Shown here piece after piece: positions 62,357 through 64,000 of a DNA stretch of 64,000 bases (the first letter of the stretch is position 1; each line of letters starts with the position of its first letter). Source of the stretch: Phoronis australis (Eukaryota > Animalia > Phoronida); assembly GCA_002633005.1 (NCBI GenBank), contig NMRA01000372.1, positions 273,058 through 337,057 of the forward strand, read 5' to 3'. The notes below the pieces were generated by a model. That model was not told where the DNA came from. It ran no database searches and was given only the letters and a program-made list of their open reading frames with translations. The position numbers and the translations under genes are program-made.

Positions 62357-64000
62357 CTGAAACGTGGACATCAACTGTACAGTGCAAGTAATAAACTTTA
62401 CAGACAGAATTACCCGGAATTCCCCGACATGACGGCCGGGCAGAAGCCGACGGAAAAGGAGTCTTCCGCTTTAACTGAGAATGACGGAGAATTAACAGGA
62501 GTCTCTTTCATGAAACATGAATAAAGATTTAATTAAAAAATGTGGTCTTATGCTCCAAACAATTATTTCTGAAAAGTAATTAAATCTCACATGAGCAAAA
62601 GTATAAAATCTCTGAGAATGTACAGGTTTTAGTGCTCTTTATTGAAATGATTTCTATAAATTATTTTAGACTCTGGTGAGCTCATAATTTCTCGGCAAAA
62701 CCCTTACATGTGAAGTCTGTCTTAAGTCTTTATTCACTTTCATCAAACGCACCCCAGGAAAGTTAGTTAAGTAGTTACGTCATTACATAATTAGAGTTTT
62801 GCCATACGAATGCATATGTCTATATCTATTAATTGGCAATAGTCTGATACGTTCCTGCCTTTTGAGACCCAGTTTGATGCCCGTTATGTAGTGGGGAAAA
62901 CTGGTTCTCAAAATTCGGGCACGTTATATCAGACCATTATCCATTAAATTTTACTAATAACATCATTGACGGACAACGGTTTTTCGCCTGATTACTTTCG
63001 CTTTGTACTGCACGTACACGTGCGTCAGTACAATCGACCAAGGCTGGGCTAAATTATGAGTAGACTGTACTCTCGTCTTCACGTACACAATTATTGAACT
63101 TCATACAAGTTTTTAATTCTGTGTTTCCGATGTTGGTATGTTAAACAGGCCTGGAACACGATGAACAGACTAAATTGCAATGCTGTATAAAAAGTGGTTC
63201 TCTGCCATTGAAACGGAATTCAACCTGCTCACCAGGGATTTTCAGGGTATGTTTGTAAAGATGTTTAATTTCTGTAGATATGGAAGCATTTCCTCTTAGA
63301 TTCAAATTTCAAAAAAATACATTTGTCCTACAATTATTCACCACCTCGTCGATTTTGCCCCCACAAGGCAAAGCACGTCTCCTTTTTTGGCATAGTAAGA
63401 CAAAGACGTAGCACATTTCGTTATGTGAAAAATGTGACCTTTGGCCTCATGCAACTGATTGCGCACTCTTGCGCGCACTTATCACAAGTAGTAGGGATAT
63501 TAGAAACTCTGGTAACCACATAGTTTTCACTTCGCCAGTATTAAAAATCGTGAATTTTGTGTTTTTTTCTGGAGATTTCCTCACAAAGGAAAGTGAATTA
63601 CTCTGCACTAGATGTTACTTGATGGTTCTTTCGTCAGTAACTGTTTAAAAGATATTTTGTCGAGCTGTCGTGTTCCATACCTCTTTTATCTGTGCACACC
63701 TGTACCTGTGAGGCGATGATACAAATACTAAAACCGGAGTAATCGTTTAATTGTTGGACCCGAGTGTGTCAAGTGAAATATTAAAATTATTTTTCAGGTT
63801 ATGTAGGATCTTATTAACAAATATATGTATTCAGCCAAACACATGTATGTTCAAAACTATAGAATTCAAGTCAATTTCTTTTCATGAAAATCATAAAGGG
63901 ATTGTTTTAAGGCCCTAATGCAAACGCGGGTCTCACATTCCCTTAAACAAATTTATTTAAGTTTGAATTTACTTTCATTTATTGGAATACATGCGTATGG

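Noticed and set aside
63233-63271. Possible further upstream exon of the (-) strand gene
   Set aside because: Phase-compatible but only 39 nt with no module motif; the gene's 5' part probably lies beyond the window.

Overview
AT-rich, intron-rich invertebrate animal genomic DNA (draft assembly with N joins at 4973, 24859, 49438 and a gap at ~41323-41335). No prokaryotic systems or CRISPR arrays were seen. Three protein-coding genes were reconstructed by hand from splice sites and reading-frame phase. (1) A two-exon (+) gene at 697-6154 encodes a ~208-aa secreted, Cys-free protein with seven acidic-spacer/R-x-K-R repeats and a very basic His/Arg/Lys C-terminal helix; it is a candidate new multi-peptide precursor. 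(2) A complete 12-exon (+) peroxisomal 3-ketoacyl-CoA thiolase (ACAA1, PTS2 signal) lies at 11426-20816. (3) The last 22 exons (~1430 codons) of a large (-) strand gene at 30381-62356 encode tandem ~150-170-aa beta-rich modules, an F5/8 type C (discoidin) domain and a C-terminal domain; one intron probably uses a GC donor. Non-coding DNA holds a Kolobok-like element, a decayed Academ-like transposon, many hAT-type MITEs with 5- or 6-bp TSDs, Helentron/DINE-1-like arrays, THAP remnants, and a TSD-flanked Penelope-like inverted insert with a minimal hammerhead ribozyme motif. Two apparent tandem duplications are most likely uncollapsed haplotypes.
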